Shown here in pieces: positions 39,148 through 48,828 of a DNA stretch of 64,000 nt. Origin of the DNA: a virus (taxonomy: Duplodnaviria; Heunggongvirae; Uroviricota; Caudoviricetes); IMG/VR virus record IMGVR_UViG_3300027007_000013. The stretch is one strand, 5' to 3'. Every line of letters starts with the position of its first letter. Within the stretch, counting starts at the first letter, position 1. The position numbers were made by a program, and so were the translations under genes. The notes under the pieces are model-generated. The model did not search any database and was not told the DNA's origin. It was given only the letters and a program-made list of their open reading frames with translations.

Positions 39148-39994
39148 CCAACTCATGGAGCACGTAGACACACTCCGTTCGGAGCACGAAGAAGCGACCG
39201 AGACACACATGCGCGACGCATACGATGATGGGGCGTACCAGGAAGCAAAGTGGCTTCGTAACCTGGGCGTCCAGGTCACTACCCCCGACCCTGAGCCGGG
39301 GGACGAGCTCGATGAAATCCGAGAGCGAGCTGCGTCTCGCACCCGGTGGTACGACGATGCGCTGGAAAATGCCGTATTCTCAAGTCTCGAAGAATCGAAG
39401 GGTAGCGTCTATGAGACGCTTGCTCGCGTGTTCGACGATGGGTTCACGATCACTCCCGGAGAAGCGCCGGTCAAGTGGGTCAGTCCCGATGGTTCGGCGT
39501 CGTTTGACGACCGCACGGTCGCCTCGATAACGCTCGATCCTGAGACCTACTTCGAATGGGTGACGGCGGTGGCTATTGTCGAAGCACGGAGTGCCGGCCG
39601 CGTATCCGTTCAGCTCGAACTGGGCGAAGTCATGGGTCACGTGTGGGTCGACCCGCTCGACGAACAGACGACCCCCATGGCCGCTCGCCTCCACGGTGAA
39701 ACGTACGGCCGAGACGGCTTCCCGTTTTACCCACCTGTCGCATACGGCGGGCGGTCGCGTGTGTGGCCGGTGTTCGAAGCATCGTCGACGCCGGCGGCAC
39801 GGCTCCCGTCGGTAGATACGCTCGTGGGCCAGCGAGAACGCTGGTTCATCAACTACTCGCGGATGCAGAACGGGGAGCTCCCGGAAGACGACTGGGCGAG
39901 CGAGCCTGTGGTCGAGGGAGAATACAACCTGGCGTTCATCTACACGCAGTTACTCCCGCGAGACCCTGCACAGTACCTCCCCACCAACGAATAA
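39128..39994 (+). CDS. head morphogenesis protein (MuF/SPP1 gp7-like)
   Basis: position after the portal and size of 288 aa; by synteny. Confidence 0.45.
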   Translation: MLMTLSDQLMEHVDTLRSEHEEATETHMRDAYDDGAYQEAKWLRNLGVQVTTPDPEPGDELDEIRERAASRTRWYDDALENAVFSSLEESKGSVYETLARVFDDGFTITPGEAPVKWVSPDGSASFDDRTVASITLDPETYFEWVTAVAIVEARSAGRVSVQLELGEVMGHVWVDPLDEQTTPMAARLHGETYGRDGFPFYPPVAYGGRSRVWPVFEASSTPAARLPSVDTLVGQRERWFINYSRMQNGELPEDDWASEPVVEGEYNLAFIYTQLLPRDPAQYLPTNE

Positions 39995-40260
39995 TGTCCC
40001 CCAACAAACCACTCGCAGACTGGCAAAAGCTGACGATCATGGCCCAGGCCCCGTTCCGGGGCAACCGGACTATCGCAAAGCGCGCGGAATGCTCTGTCTG
40101 GGCTGTTAGGAAGTACCGCTCGATGATGAAGGAGAACGGCCACGCCCTCGACGTCGGAGTGACCGAGGAGTACGATGAAGCCCTCGTCTCAGAGGAAGCG
40201 ATGGAGATTTTCGACACGATCGTCGACGAAGGGCTGAACCAGGAGCGCGGGAGGATATGA
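39994..40260 (+). CDS. hypothetical HTH-like protein
   Basis: NRTIAKRAECSVWAVRKYR. Confidence 0.4.
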   Translation: MSPNKPLADWQKLTIMAQAPFRGNRTIAKRAECSVWAVRKYRSMMKENGHALDVGVTEEYDEALVSEEAMEIFDTIVDEGLNQERGRI

Positions 40261-40487
40261 TGCCCCGGGCGAAGGACGTGGTGAGCGTCCTCCTGGTCGG
40301 CGCTGTCACGAGCGTGTGGCTCTACCAGACGCTCGACCCGGCGCTGGCTGAGGACTTCGCTATTAAAGCCCTCGCACTCACGTTCGCGGCTGCTGGTGGT
40401 ATCACACTGTTCGGTCGTGGGACGATGAGAGCTGCAAAGAGGGTGGCTGAATCGACACTCCGCCCGCGAGAAAAGACCGAGGAATGA
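40257..40487 (+). CDS. small membrane protein
   Basis: two hydrophobic segments. Confidence 0.4.
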   Translation: MMPRAKDVVSVLLVGAVTSVWLYQTLDPALAEDFAIKALALTFAAAGGITLFGRGTMRAAKRVAESTLRPREKTEE

Positions 40488-40885
40488 GACTCGTCAAACA
40501 GGAGAACTGGAACGATTGTGCGCCAGCATGTTTGGCCATGGTCACTGGCGTACCGATTACCGAAGTCAAAGGGTTCGTTCACGTCCCGACGACACACGCG
40601 GAGATGTATGCGTTTCTGTATCATCGGGTCGACGAAGTGAATCTGATCCCGATTCTCGACGAGATGAAATTTCGCGACGTGAGAAGGAGAGATGAGCTGT
40701 TCCGCGACAATCGCCCGTTCGATGAGCGGACGGTGATCCTGACCGTGTCTGCGCCGTATCCAGAAGTCTCCTGGCACGCCCTCGTCATCCACGACGGAGA
40801 GGTACTGGACCCGAAGCAGGAGTGGAACGACGTTGACGGACTCACAGACGTAAGTTGCGTATGGGGATTCGACATCAAGCCCTGA
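40484..40885 (+). CDS. papain-like (C39-type) cysteine peptidase domain protein
   Basis: NWNDCAPACLAMV supplies the catalytic Cys; WHALVIHDGEV supplies the His. Confidence 0.5.
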   Translation: MRLVKQENWNDCAPACLAMVTGVPITEVKGFVHVPTTHAEMYAFLYHRVDEVNLIPILDEMKFRDVRRRDELFRDNRPFDERTVILTVSAPYPEVSWHALVIHDGEVLDPKQEWNDVDGLTDVSCVWGFDIKP

Positions 40886-40974
40886 GCCTGTCGACTTCCC
40901 AGACAGGTGGGAGATAGAAGGGTCGAATCACCAGACAAGTAAGCTTTTTATCAATGTAACGTATTTGGTAATAT

Positions 40975-41994
40975 ATGCAAGCTGTTGTAGATGCAACTGG
41001 AAACGCACCCAGCCTCGCACCCCTGAACGCGCGCCGCTCTCGATTCAGCCTCCCAGTCGCTGGAGAGACGATCATCGAGCGCGTCGTAAGCGGGCTCGTC
41101 GATATCGGTGTTGAACGGATCGCGATTGTCACGGACGAAGACTCCATCCGGACGATCTTCGGCGCTGAGCGCGGTGTCGATCGGCTCGGCATGGAGGACG
41201 TCGAACTGTGTTTCATCCCGCACTACTACGGCGACACAGCGTCGAAGACACGCGGTCTGGCGGAAGACACTGGCTTCCTGTGGGTCCGTGGCGATACACT
41301 CTACGACTGGGAGACGATTGCCCAACTCGCCGAGCACGATGCGGCACTCGGATACGTCCCTCACCCGCACGAGGCGGCCCACGGGAAGCTCCAGATCAAC
41401 GGTGACGACCTGCGCGCATCGCCCGGCGAATACACACACTCTGGGGCACACCTGGCCTACGCGTACAAGTTCCCACCCCGAGCTCACGAGTGGGACTACG
41501 GAATCGATCCGATGACAGAGGAACTCGCCACGGAGCCCGGCACAGAGGAGGTCTCGATTCGCTGGACGCCGATCACGAACCCGAGAGACTATCTGCAAGC
41601 GAACCTCGAGCGGGCCGGTGCTGGTGGTAGTGAGATGTCGGTCGATGGAACACTGGTCGGACCCTGCGTGATCGGAGAGGACGTGACCGTCGGACCGGGT
41701 GCTGTGGTCGAATCGTCTGTGCTCCTGGACGGTGCGACTATCGGTGCCGGATCGTACGTTGGATACTCAGTGGTCGACGAGGGCGTCACTATCGAACAGA
41801 ACGTGACGACGAATACGCGAGCAGCCAGTGGGGAAACGGTCGTCGCAGAGTTCGGCGGCGAACGGGTAGACACTGGGATGACGGAGTTCGGGACAGTCTT
41901 CGGCCCAGGGGTGACGGTTCAGGCCGGGGCGACGGTCATGCGCGGGACCACGATCGACACGGGACTGACTGTTGATCCTGGGGAAGTTCGCTGA
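40975..41994 (+). CDS. sugar-phosphate nucleotidyltransferase fused to a left-handed beta-helix (GlmU-like)
   Basis: N-terminal nucleotidyltransferase fold; C-terminal hexapeptide repeats VGPCVIGEDVTVGPGAVVESSVLLDGATIGAGSYVGYSVV. Confidence 0.6.
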   Translation: MQAVVDATGNAPSLAPLNARRSRFSLPVAGETIIERVVSGLVDIGVERIAIVTDEDSIRTIFGAERGVDRLGMEDVELCFIPHYYGDTASKTRGLAEDTGFLWVRGDTLYDWETIAQLAEHDAALGYVPHPHEAAHGKLQINGDDLRASPGEYTHSGAHLAYAYKFPPRAHEWDYGIDPMTEELATEPGTEEVSIRWTPITNPRDYLQANLERAGAGGSEMSVDGTLVGPCVIGEDVTVGPGAVVESSVLLDGATIGAGSYVGYSVVDEGVTIEQNVTTNTRAASGETVVAEFGGERVDTGMTEFGTVFGPGVTVQAGATVMRGTTIDTGLTVDPGEVR

Positions 41995-42038
41995 GTGCGT
42001 GAAAACCCGTATCAGAGCCTGATAGCGTAGGAGATTCA

Positions 42039-42365
42039 GTGTACGTCGAAGACCTCTCATCCGGCTACCTGCTGACGAAGCTCAGCGTCGAACTGTGGGA
42101 CGAGGACTACGGGGCGATGGACTACGCAGACCACGGAATCCTGTCTGACGTCGTCTACGACGGTGGCCGCCATCCGTTGTTGATCAAAGGACAGCGACAT
42201 CGGTCGATGTACATCCCCGTCTACCCCGAATCGTCGGTCCCACGAGATACGGTATTCGTCCCTGGTGAGGGTCGAGCACCGCAGCCGGAACAGGAACGCA
42301 TACTTGTCGCAAAACGTGCACATGCCCTCAAGCTACTCAGGCTGATGAGCCACGACCCCCTCTGA
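42039..42365 (+). CDS. hypothetical protein
   Basis: 108 aa. Confidence 0.4.
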   Translation: MYVEDLSSGYLLTKLSVELWDEDYGAMDYADHGILSDVVYDGGRHPLLIKGQRHRSMYIPVYPESSVPRDTVFVPGEGRAPQPEQERILVAKRAHALKLLRLMSHDPL

Positions 42366-42370
42366 ACCCC

Positions 42371-42404
42371 CGCACGTACATATACACACGCACATATGTA
42401 CGTG
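42371..42404. repeat. 34-bp palindrome, copy 2 of 3 identical
   Basis: identical to 7274..7307. Confidence 0.9.
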
Positions 42405-42902
42405 CAAAAGGGTAGAGAGTCTGAAAGGGATTAGGTAGGAAAGTTTTCATTCCGACGTGTGCCGACCCTGTTTCCAGACCGTAACCCCCCACCTCTCGGG
42501 CCTGTAAACCACTCTCCACGCAATCCGGCCGAAAAGGCCCTCTAAACCGCACTCTCAGAGCTTCTATCCTTTGAATATGCCATGTCTGAGCGACATTCTG
42601 GGTATCCAGACTGGTTTCCCCTCACCAACCACTCATGTCCGATACCGCAGGATAACCACCCTGACACTCGTACCACCAGGAACGAAGGCCCGTATTCCTT
42701 CAAGATATACAGAGACAAGCAGAGTGGAATCGATAGACTGCACTGACCTCCACGCATATACGAAAAACGACAGAACAGAAATCTTTAATATCACATCCCA
42801 CATATTTCTATTCACCCACAGCTACCCAGTGGGACGTGCTCCCCGAGTGCGTAGAACGGAGATATACATGAAGGAATGGCGACAGAAGTGGAGGAATAGT
42901 CT

Positions 42903-43784
42903 ATGAACGAACGTGCGCAGTCAGCGGCTGGGCCGATTGCGGTCGTGGTCCTGGTCGGTGCCGTTATCCTTGTCGGAGTTGGTCTCGCGTCGATGCAGAC
43001 AGTCGACGAGGGACACGTCAAAGTGGTCACCTACAAAGGCAACGCCGAAGGGACGTTCTACCCCGGCAACTGGTATTTCATCAACCCGATCACGCAGGGG
43101 ACCGTGTCGGTCGACGTTCGGCCACAGGTGATGCAGATGGTTGCTGCACAGGGAGAAGGCGAGCGTTCCGAGTTCGACGACTCGATCAAAGTAGTGACTA
43201 ACGACAACATGCGAGTGCCAGTTGACGTTGCGATCACCTACCAGGTCGACGACCCGGTCACCTTCTATGAGGAGTGGAAGACTCACGACCAGGCCCGACA
43301 GCGGGCGATCCGACCTGGGTCCCGGGCCGCCATCTACACCGTTGGTGGTGGGATGTCCGGTACCGAGATCACCAACGACGAGGCACGAGAGCGGATGCGC
43401 CTCGCTGTTGCTGAAGAACTGGAAGACCGGTTCGACGGGACGGGGCTCGCTCTGATCGCTGTCGACATCCGTGGCGTGTACCCACCCGACTCGTTCCTGG
43501 ATGCGGCCGAGAACGCCCAGGCCGAGCGTCAGGAGATCATCGCTGAACAGCACCGACAGGAAGTTGCCAGAGAGCACGCAGAAACGCTCCGTATCGAAGC
43601 CGAAGGTGAGCGAGACGCCCGCCTGATCCGCGCCGAAGCGTACGAGAACGACGCTGTCCTCGAAGCGATGTACATCGACGAGCTCAGCGAGTCCAACGTG
43701 ATCTACGTACCGGTCGGTAACGATGGCGTGCCACTGTTCATGGACGTCAGCGACGACGAGAACAGTACAAGCGGGAGTCCGTAA
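42903..43784 (+). CDS. SPFH/band-7 (stomatin/prohibitin-like) membrane protein
   Basis: N-terminal TM helix then a band-7-like region (VDEGHVKVV...ITYQVDDPVTFYE) and a coiled-coil tail. Confidence 0.55.
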   Translation: MNERAQSAAGPIAVVVLVGAVILVGVGLASMQTVDEGHVKVVTYKGNAEGTFYPGNWYFINPITQGTVSVDVRPQVMQMVAAQGEGERSEFDDSIKVVTNDNMRVPVDVAITYQVDDPVTFYEEWKTHDQARQRAIRPGSRAAIYTVGGGMSGTEITNDEARERMRLAVAEELEDRFDGTGLALIAVDIRGVYPPDSFLDAAENAQAERQEIIAEQHRQEVAREHAETLRIEAEGERDARLIRAEAYENDAVLEAMYIDELSESNVIYVPVGNDGVPLFMDVSDDENSTSGSP

Positions 43785-43787
43785 GTC

Positions 43788-43970
43788 ATGGCTCTCGCGG
43801 TCGTGGGCCTCCTGCTCGTGTGGGTGTCTCTGTGCATCGTTACGTTCGTCGCCTATCGGATGTACATGCGCCACCGCGACCGGAAGCACGAGGAGCGTAT
43901 CAAACAGCTGGAGACGCAGCAAACGCTGTTCGAGAACGACGAGCTGTTCGACGACGAGGACCTGTAAGAT
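43788..43970 (+). CDS. small membrane protein
   Basis: MALAVVGLLLVWVSLCIVTFVAY...; followed by another 31-aa TM peptide at 43969..44064. Confidence 0.35.
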
Positions 43971-44071
43971 GATCCCGCCCGAATCGTACTGGATGGCGGC
44001 GGGAGCGGTACTGGGCGTCGCGGGGACGCTCCTGGGACTGTACCTCGACGGGTACATCCCGTAGCGGCGAC

Positions 44072-44117
44072 TGTCGGCCCGGCTGGGTCATTCGGGGTTC
44101 GAATCCCCGACCGACAC
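44072..44117 (+). ncRNA. tRNA-like acceptor/T-arm minihelix
   Basis: TGTCGG..(15 nt)..CGGGG-TTCGAAT-CCCCG-A-CCGACA: a perfect T-arm with a 6-bp acceptor-like stem. Confidence 0.5.
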
Positions 44118-44128
44118 TGGGGTGACCA

Positions 44129-44941
44129 ATGCAAATCAAACAAATCGCAGGCACGCCGCACCCCGAGCGACTGGTGAGTCTGTGTGCACGAAACGACTAT
44201 CGAGCTGATGGCGTCATCGACCACTCATTCGCCGAGATCATGGCGGGTGTGAAAGTGGACGACGACGTCGTCGACGATCTCCGTGAGGAGTGGTTTGACG
44301 ACGACGATGTTGCACGGGACGACCCGTGGGATGCGATGCCAGCCGAGTTCAGAACAGAAGCAGAACAACGATCGCTCCTCAAGCATACCATGAACGAGGG
44401 CCACTGGGGCGTGTTCGAGCACCCACAGGCGACGCTCGCGCTCGAGGGTATCACCCGGACATCGATGGCGCAGATCACGCGCCACCGACACTTCACGTTC
44501 GACATCATGTCCCTCCGATACGTCACACTCGACTTCGACTCGGTCGAGGAGATGAAGGAGCGATTCGCCGAGCCTGATGAGATCACGGCCGAGGAGGTCG
44601 TGAGTCGGAACGGCGTCGAGACCATCGACATGGACCCCGACGAGCGCGAGGAGATCTGGTGGGAGACGATCGCCCACACCGCCCACACCTACAACACACT
44701 CGTGGACGCTGGCGTCCCTCAGGAAGAAGCGCGCAAAGTCCTCGGTATGGGAACGAAGGTCAACATCATGATGTCTGGGAACGCCCGGGCCTGGATGCAC
44801 CTTCTGAACATCAGAGGGAAAGCGAACGTCCAGGGAGAGGCCCGAAACATCGCTGACGGCGTGATGGGCGAGATGAAGGAGTGGATGCCGTACACGTTCG
44901 AGCGGTACGACGACATGCTCCCACTGAGACTGAACCCATGA
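44129..44941 (+). CDS. thyX: flavin-dependent thymidylate synthase ThyX
   Basis: ThyX signature RHRHFTFDIMSLRY (RHRX7S). Confidence 0.8.
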   Translation: MQIKQIAGTPHPERLVSLCARNDYRADGVIDHSFAEIMAGVKVDDDVVDDLREEWFDDDDVARDDPWDAMPAEFRTEAEQRSLLKHTMNEGHWGVFEHPQATLALEGITRTSMAQITRHRHFTFDIMSLRYVTLDFDSVEEMKERFAEPDEITAEEVVSRNGVETIDMDPDEREEIWWETIAHTAHTYNTLVDAGVPQEEARKVLGMGTKVNIMMSGNARAWMHLLNIRGKANVQGEARNIADGVMGEMKEWMPYTFERYDDMLPLRLNP

Positions 44942-45384
44942 GTCAGAAGAAGCTTCCACGATACCAACGGCTGACACCACCGAGAGTACACAACGATGAT
45001 TACGCCACATACAGAGGCGAATCGATCGGATGGGTTGGACGAGCGGAGAACCGTCGTGGGAATGTATTCGTCCAGTATCGACCGAAGGGGGTGAAAGAGC
45101 TCCGTAAAGAGGACGGTCGTCGAACAGTCTCGTTCACGACGGGAATCCTCGACTACGTACGCGAGCAGCTTGGTGCCAAATGGTTGCTCTCGATCATGTA
45201 CACAGGGCGCGTCCTGGAGTACGACCTTGCGCAGTTCGATGATGGATGGGTCGGTGGTAAGCACCCGGAGACGACGGAGGCGATCGTCAACCTGTACTTT
45301 GAGGACGCGCTGTACGAGTGGGAGTACGGCCAGATCAAACTGACTGAGCCGATAAACGAGCTCGAGAAGGAGTATGAACAGTGA
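44938..45384 (+). CDS. hypothetical protein
   Basis: 148 aa. Confidence 0.45.
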   Translation: MSQKKLPRYQRLTPPRVHNDDYATYRGESIGWVGRAENRRGNVFVQYRPKGVKELRKEDGRRTVSFTTGILDYVREQLGAKWLLSIMYTGRVLEYDLAQFDDGWVGGKHPETTEAIVNLYFEDALYEWEYGQIKLTEPINELEKEYEQ

Positions 45385-45549
45385 ACCCAACGGAAGCGCG
45401 ACAGCGCGTGAAGGACGAGTTCGCACTGGCGGCCGACCTGATGGCGACTGGTGACGTCGAACCAGAAGTGATGCGAGAAATGGTTGACAACGTGATCGGT
45501 CGATACAACGCCTATCTCGGCGACGAGATCGAAAACATCTACGAAGACA

Positions 45550-46008
45550 ATGAGTAACGCAAACACTACAGACGCAGACGCAACGATTCAGAGCAGAGAC
45601 GACATCCCGGACCGCGACGAGCTCGTCGAGCTTCGACGCGACCGTGGCCTCACGAACGGTGAGATCGCAGAGAATCACATCACCGAGTTCAGCTCTCGAC
45701 AGATAGGGATCTTCGCCTCGATGTACGGCATCGAGAAGGGCTGGAAGGACGCTGAGTACGTGCAGGAACAAATCGATAGAGGGGTGACCCCCGAAGAACT
45801 GGCCGAGCAGTGGCCGATCACGGCCGGCACCGTTCGCGGCTGGATGGCCGAACACGGTATCGAGGAGAACCCGATCCCTGACGCTTACGCCGACGCGGTC
45901 GAGGCGCTGGAACACCTCGCCGAGGTCGTCGACGACGACGATCTCGCGACCGAGTACGAGGAGTTCGCGAACGAGCTCGTCGACGACGAGGGTAGCCTGT
46001 TCAACTAA
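45550..46008 (+). CDS. HTH-containing protein
   Basis: EELAEQWPITAGTVRGWMAEHGI. Confidence 0.45.
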   Translation: MSNANTTDADATIQSRDDIPDRDELVELRRDRGLTNGEIAENHITEFSSRQIGIFASMYGIEKGWKDAEYVQEQIDRGVTPEELAEQWPITAGTVRGWMAEHGIEENPIPDAYADAVEALEHLAEVVDDDDLATEYEEFANELVDDEGSLFN

Positions 46009-46010
46009 CC

Positions 46011-46751
46011 ATGGCCTCGGTAAAGGAACTGTTCAGGTGGCACATGGGCCTCAAAGCAGATATCGCGGAGATGGCGGAGAGTCTGGAGGTTGAGAACCCT
46101 GACGAACTGGTGAGACAGCTGCGCGACGACGGATACCCGATTAGAGACGACGACCCAGACTACGGAACAATGGCAACCACGCAAGACACAGAAACTGACG
46201 GACAGAACGATGAACACCCCCTCGCGACGGAGAAAAACAGTCTCAAATCTGTTGACAACCTGAACGAGATCTACGCGGACCTGGAGACGAGGGACGATTA
46301 CCCATACGACGAAGTTCCATCGAAAGAGCTGTTGAAGCGACTCCTGCACTACTGGGGGTTGAAAAAGATCCATGCGGCTGGTATCCTGGAGGAGAAGTCG
46401 TCAGCAATCAGCACGTACACGGAAGCGTACGGCTTAAAGAGAGCGTGGAACGATCCTGACGCGATCCAGCGTGCGATCGACAACGGAGATACGGTTCATG
46501 AGCTCGCCGAGCGATGGGTTATCAGTGAGTCCACGTTGAGAAAAGCCATCGACAAGTACGACATCCGCACGATGTCGCTCATGGTCGCCTACTCGGAAAT
46601 CATCGAAGCAGGAGACGTGATACTCGAGCAGACGGACAACCCCGAGTTGGAAGAACAGCTTCGACAGGTGATCACGACTGTGAAAGCGGAGAGAGGGATG
46701 GAAAGTAGTGAGATCGGACAAAAGACAGTTGTAGAGGCTGAGGCCGAATGA
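46011..46751 (+). CDS. HTH-containing protein
   Basis: TVHELAERWVISESTLRKAIDKYDI; paralogous HTH to the 45550 and 18948 proteins. Confidence 0.5.
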   Translation: MASVKELFRWHMGLKADIAEMAESLEVENPDELVRQLRDDGYPIRDDDPDYGTMATTQDTETDGQNDEHPLATEKNSLKSVDNLNEIYADLETRDDYPYDEVPSKELLKRLLHYWGLKKIHAAGILEEKSSAISTYTEAYGLKRAWNDPDAIQRAIDNGDTVHELAERWVISESTLRKAIDKYDIRTMSLMVAYSEIIEAGDVILEQTDNPELEEQLRQVITTVKAERGMESSEIGQKTVVEAEAE

Positions 46752-47065
46752 GTACCGAGCGGTATGAGGAGTCTTCGGTCGGTGAGCCGAACATCCTCGA
46801 AGAAGCCAACGACACGGTCGGTCAGCGGGCCGAGGAGTACGGGCCGCCGACTGAGAACTTCCGGTGCATCGCCGACATGTGGTCTGGATACCTCGGCATC
46901 GAGGTGACGCCGTACGACTACGCGATGCTCATGCAGCTCGCGAAGATCGGGCGCACCAAGACCGGTGGACCTGACCGGGACACGCACGTCGACATCCCGG
47001 GATATGCGCTCACGGCCGATCTCGTCAATCAGGACGGGTCGGAGCCAGGGCCGTACCTCGGCTGA
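46748..47065 (+). CDS. conserved phage-like small protein
   Basis: 105 aa with the RAEEYGPPTENF...DMWSGYLG motif. Confidence 0.45.
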   Translation: MSTERYEESSVGEPNILEEANDTVGQRAEEYGPPTENFRCIADMWSGYLGIEVTPYDYAMLMQLAKIGRTKTGGPDRDTHVDIPGYALTADLVNQDGSEPGPYLG

Positions 47066-47067
47066 TG

Positions 47068-47115
47068 TCCTAACTAATCTCACCCACACGAGCCGTTCGA
47101 ATCTTAGTTAGGACA
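47068..47115. repeat. inverted repeat TGTCCTAACTAA(24 nt)TTAGTTAGGACA
   Basis: perfect 12-bp arms; the loop contains the T-loop-like GTTCGAATC. Confidence 0.8.
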
Positions 47116-47254
47116 GCGAAACGCTCAGTTCCCAAACTCGTGTTTCGAGACGACGATGGAGCTACAGTAATGCGTTTGACCGATAGTAAGAAAATAGACC
47201 TATCAGTATTAGAAAACTATATACTCGCACACTGACTACTCTTAGCAAACAAGC

Positions 47255-48217
47255 ATGCCCACCCAGTTAGCAGTTGAAGCGGACAGCAAGAACCACTGGG
47301 CGCTCCTGTGCCTCGCGCTCTACCAGGAGGAGCACGCGGCGGGAGCTACCACACGTGAGTTGTACGAAACGGCCGATGGCGTCTTCGACAACGCACAGCG
47401 CCTCTCCGGCGCGTTCCACTCCCTGTACAACAAGCGCCGCCTCCTCGAGCGTGAAGACGACCTGAGTCATCCGAGGGCGTACCGCTACTATCTGAACGAA
47501 AGCGGATGGTCGATGCTCAAGCACATCGGAAGCCCGACGCGAACGCCCGGCGGTGATCGTGTTCGGAGTATCGACATCCCTGACAAACCACCGGCTGTCA
47601 AAGCGCCAAGTGAGTACAAGCAGGTCGAGATCACCGACGATGCTGACGAAGCAGGTCAGGACCCTGGCCCGTTCGAGTCCGCCAAGTCACGGCGCCGGTA
47701 CTTTGCCCAACAGGACGAGAGTGAGTATCTCGACTGGCTGGAGAACAAGTGGGCGCCGAACCACCGCCTGACTGACGAGCAGTCTGGGATGACGGGGGAG
47801 GAGGTCGACGAGATGATCGAGCTGAACCGTCGAGCGGAGGCGAACGGCGAGGTTCGGTTCGAAGGCCACGATGAGATGATGGAGCAGGTGTTCGGCGATG
47901 ATGACGACGAGGAGGAGTCGGTGGAGACGATCGATCTCTCACCCGACTGGGACTGGCTTGGGACGCAACTCGTCAAGCTCGGATTCGTCGGTCTCGCACG
48001 GGATGCGTTCGAGGCGAAGCTCTCGCCGCGCATCGTCTACAACGACGTTCTCGACACGATTCAGGAACACGCTGGTGATCCAGATGCCGACCTGGACCTG
48101 GAGACCGGCGCAGGTGGTGCGACCATGGTTGAGGCACCGGCCGACCCGGAGCAGGTGTCCCGGTTCAAGCAGGCACTCGGCATCGACAACACGGACTCCG
48201 ACACAGCCACCGCCTAA
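47255..48217 (+). CDS. hypothetical protein with a possible N-terminal winged helix
   Basis: 320 aa; TATATAC box about 30 bp upstream. Confidence 0.5.
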   Translation: MPTQLAVEADSKNHWALLCLALYQEEHAAGATTRELYETADGVFDNAQRLSGAFHSLYNKRRLLEREDDLSHPRAYRYYLNESGWSMLKHIGSPTRTPGGDRVRSIDIPDKPPAVKAPSEYKQVEITDDADEAGQDPGPFESAKSRRRYFAQQDESEYLDWLENKWAPNHRLTDEQSGMTGEEVDEMIELNRRAEANGEVRFEGHDEMMEQVFGDDDDEEESVETIDLSPDWDWLGTQLVKLGFVGLARDAFEAKLSPRIVYNDVLDTIQEHAGDPDADLDLETGAGGATMVEAPADPEQVSRFKQALGIDNTDSDTATA

Positions 48218-48238
48218 AAAACACCTACCACCAGCAAC

Positions 48239-48278
48239 GCCCGTTTGGAGCACGGCGGTTCAACTCCGCCGGCGGGCC
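48239..48278 (+). ncRNA. tRNA-like acceptor/T-arm minihelix
   Basis: GCCCG..(9 nt)..CGGCGG-TTCAACT-CCGCCG-GG-CGGGC. Confidence 0.45.
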
Positions 48279-48326
48279 TGCGCTCCCCACCAGCGCGTTA
48301 GAAAACCGTGGGACGGAGTACAAGAA

Positions 48327-48578
48327 ATGACCGCAGATACCCAGTCTACCAGCACCGGGTCTACCGAGAACCGGGAGCTGATGAGAGTGGACGTGCTCGC
48401 TGAGGACGGGCACCTCCACGAGTTTCGCAATGTCGTCGATGCGCACGAGCGTGGCGACGGCGTCCAAGTAACGTATCTCGACGACGGTGAGGAAATCGTC
48501 GAAACCGTGGGCGAGATGGGTGGGCGCATCGTGTGCGCACTCATACCGGCCAGGTACGGGGGACAGAGCGATGATTGA
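48327..48578 (+). CDS. hypothetical protein
   Basis: 83 aa. Confidence 0.4.
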   Translation: MTADTQSTSTGSTENRELMRVDVLAEDGHLHEFRNVVDAHERGDGVQVTYLDDGEEIVETVGEMGGRIVCALIPARYGGQSDD

Positions 48579-48828
48579 CCCGGTCCACCTGGTGGTCCTC
48601 GACGGTGAGTGTGACGTGTTCGAGGACGGCTACGGGATTCAGCCGGCGCACCGCGTCGCCGTGACCGACTATTACGGTGACTTCGAGTTCCCTGGCTCGG
48701 AGGTGTATTCAACGGCCATCAAAGCGCACGGCGCCAACGGGATCGTCTACATCCGAGAGTCTGATATCAACTACATCGTCGACCTGTCTGACGACGAGTT
48801 CCGACCCGTCGGCGAGGAGAGTGCGTGA
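48571..48828 (+). CDS. hypothetical protein
   Basis: 85 aa. Confidence 0.4.
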   Translation: MIDPVHLVVLDGECDVFEDGYGIQPAHRVAVTDYYGDFEFPGSEVYSTAIKAHGANGIVYIRESDINYIVDLSDDEFRPVGEESA

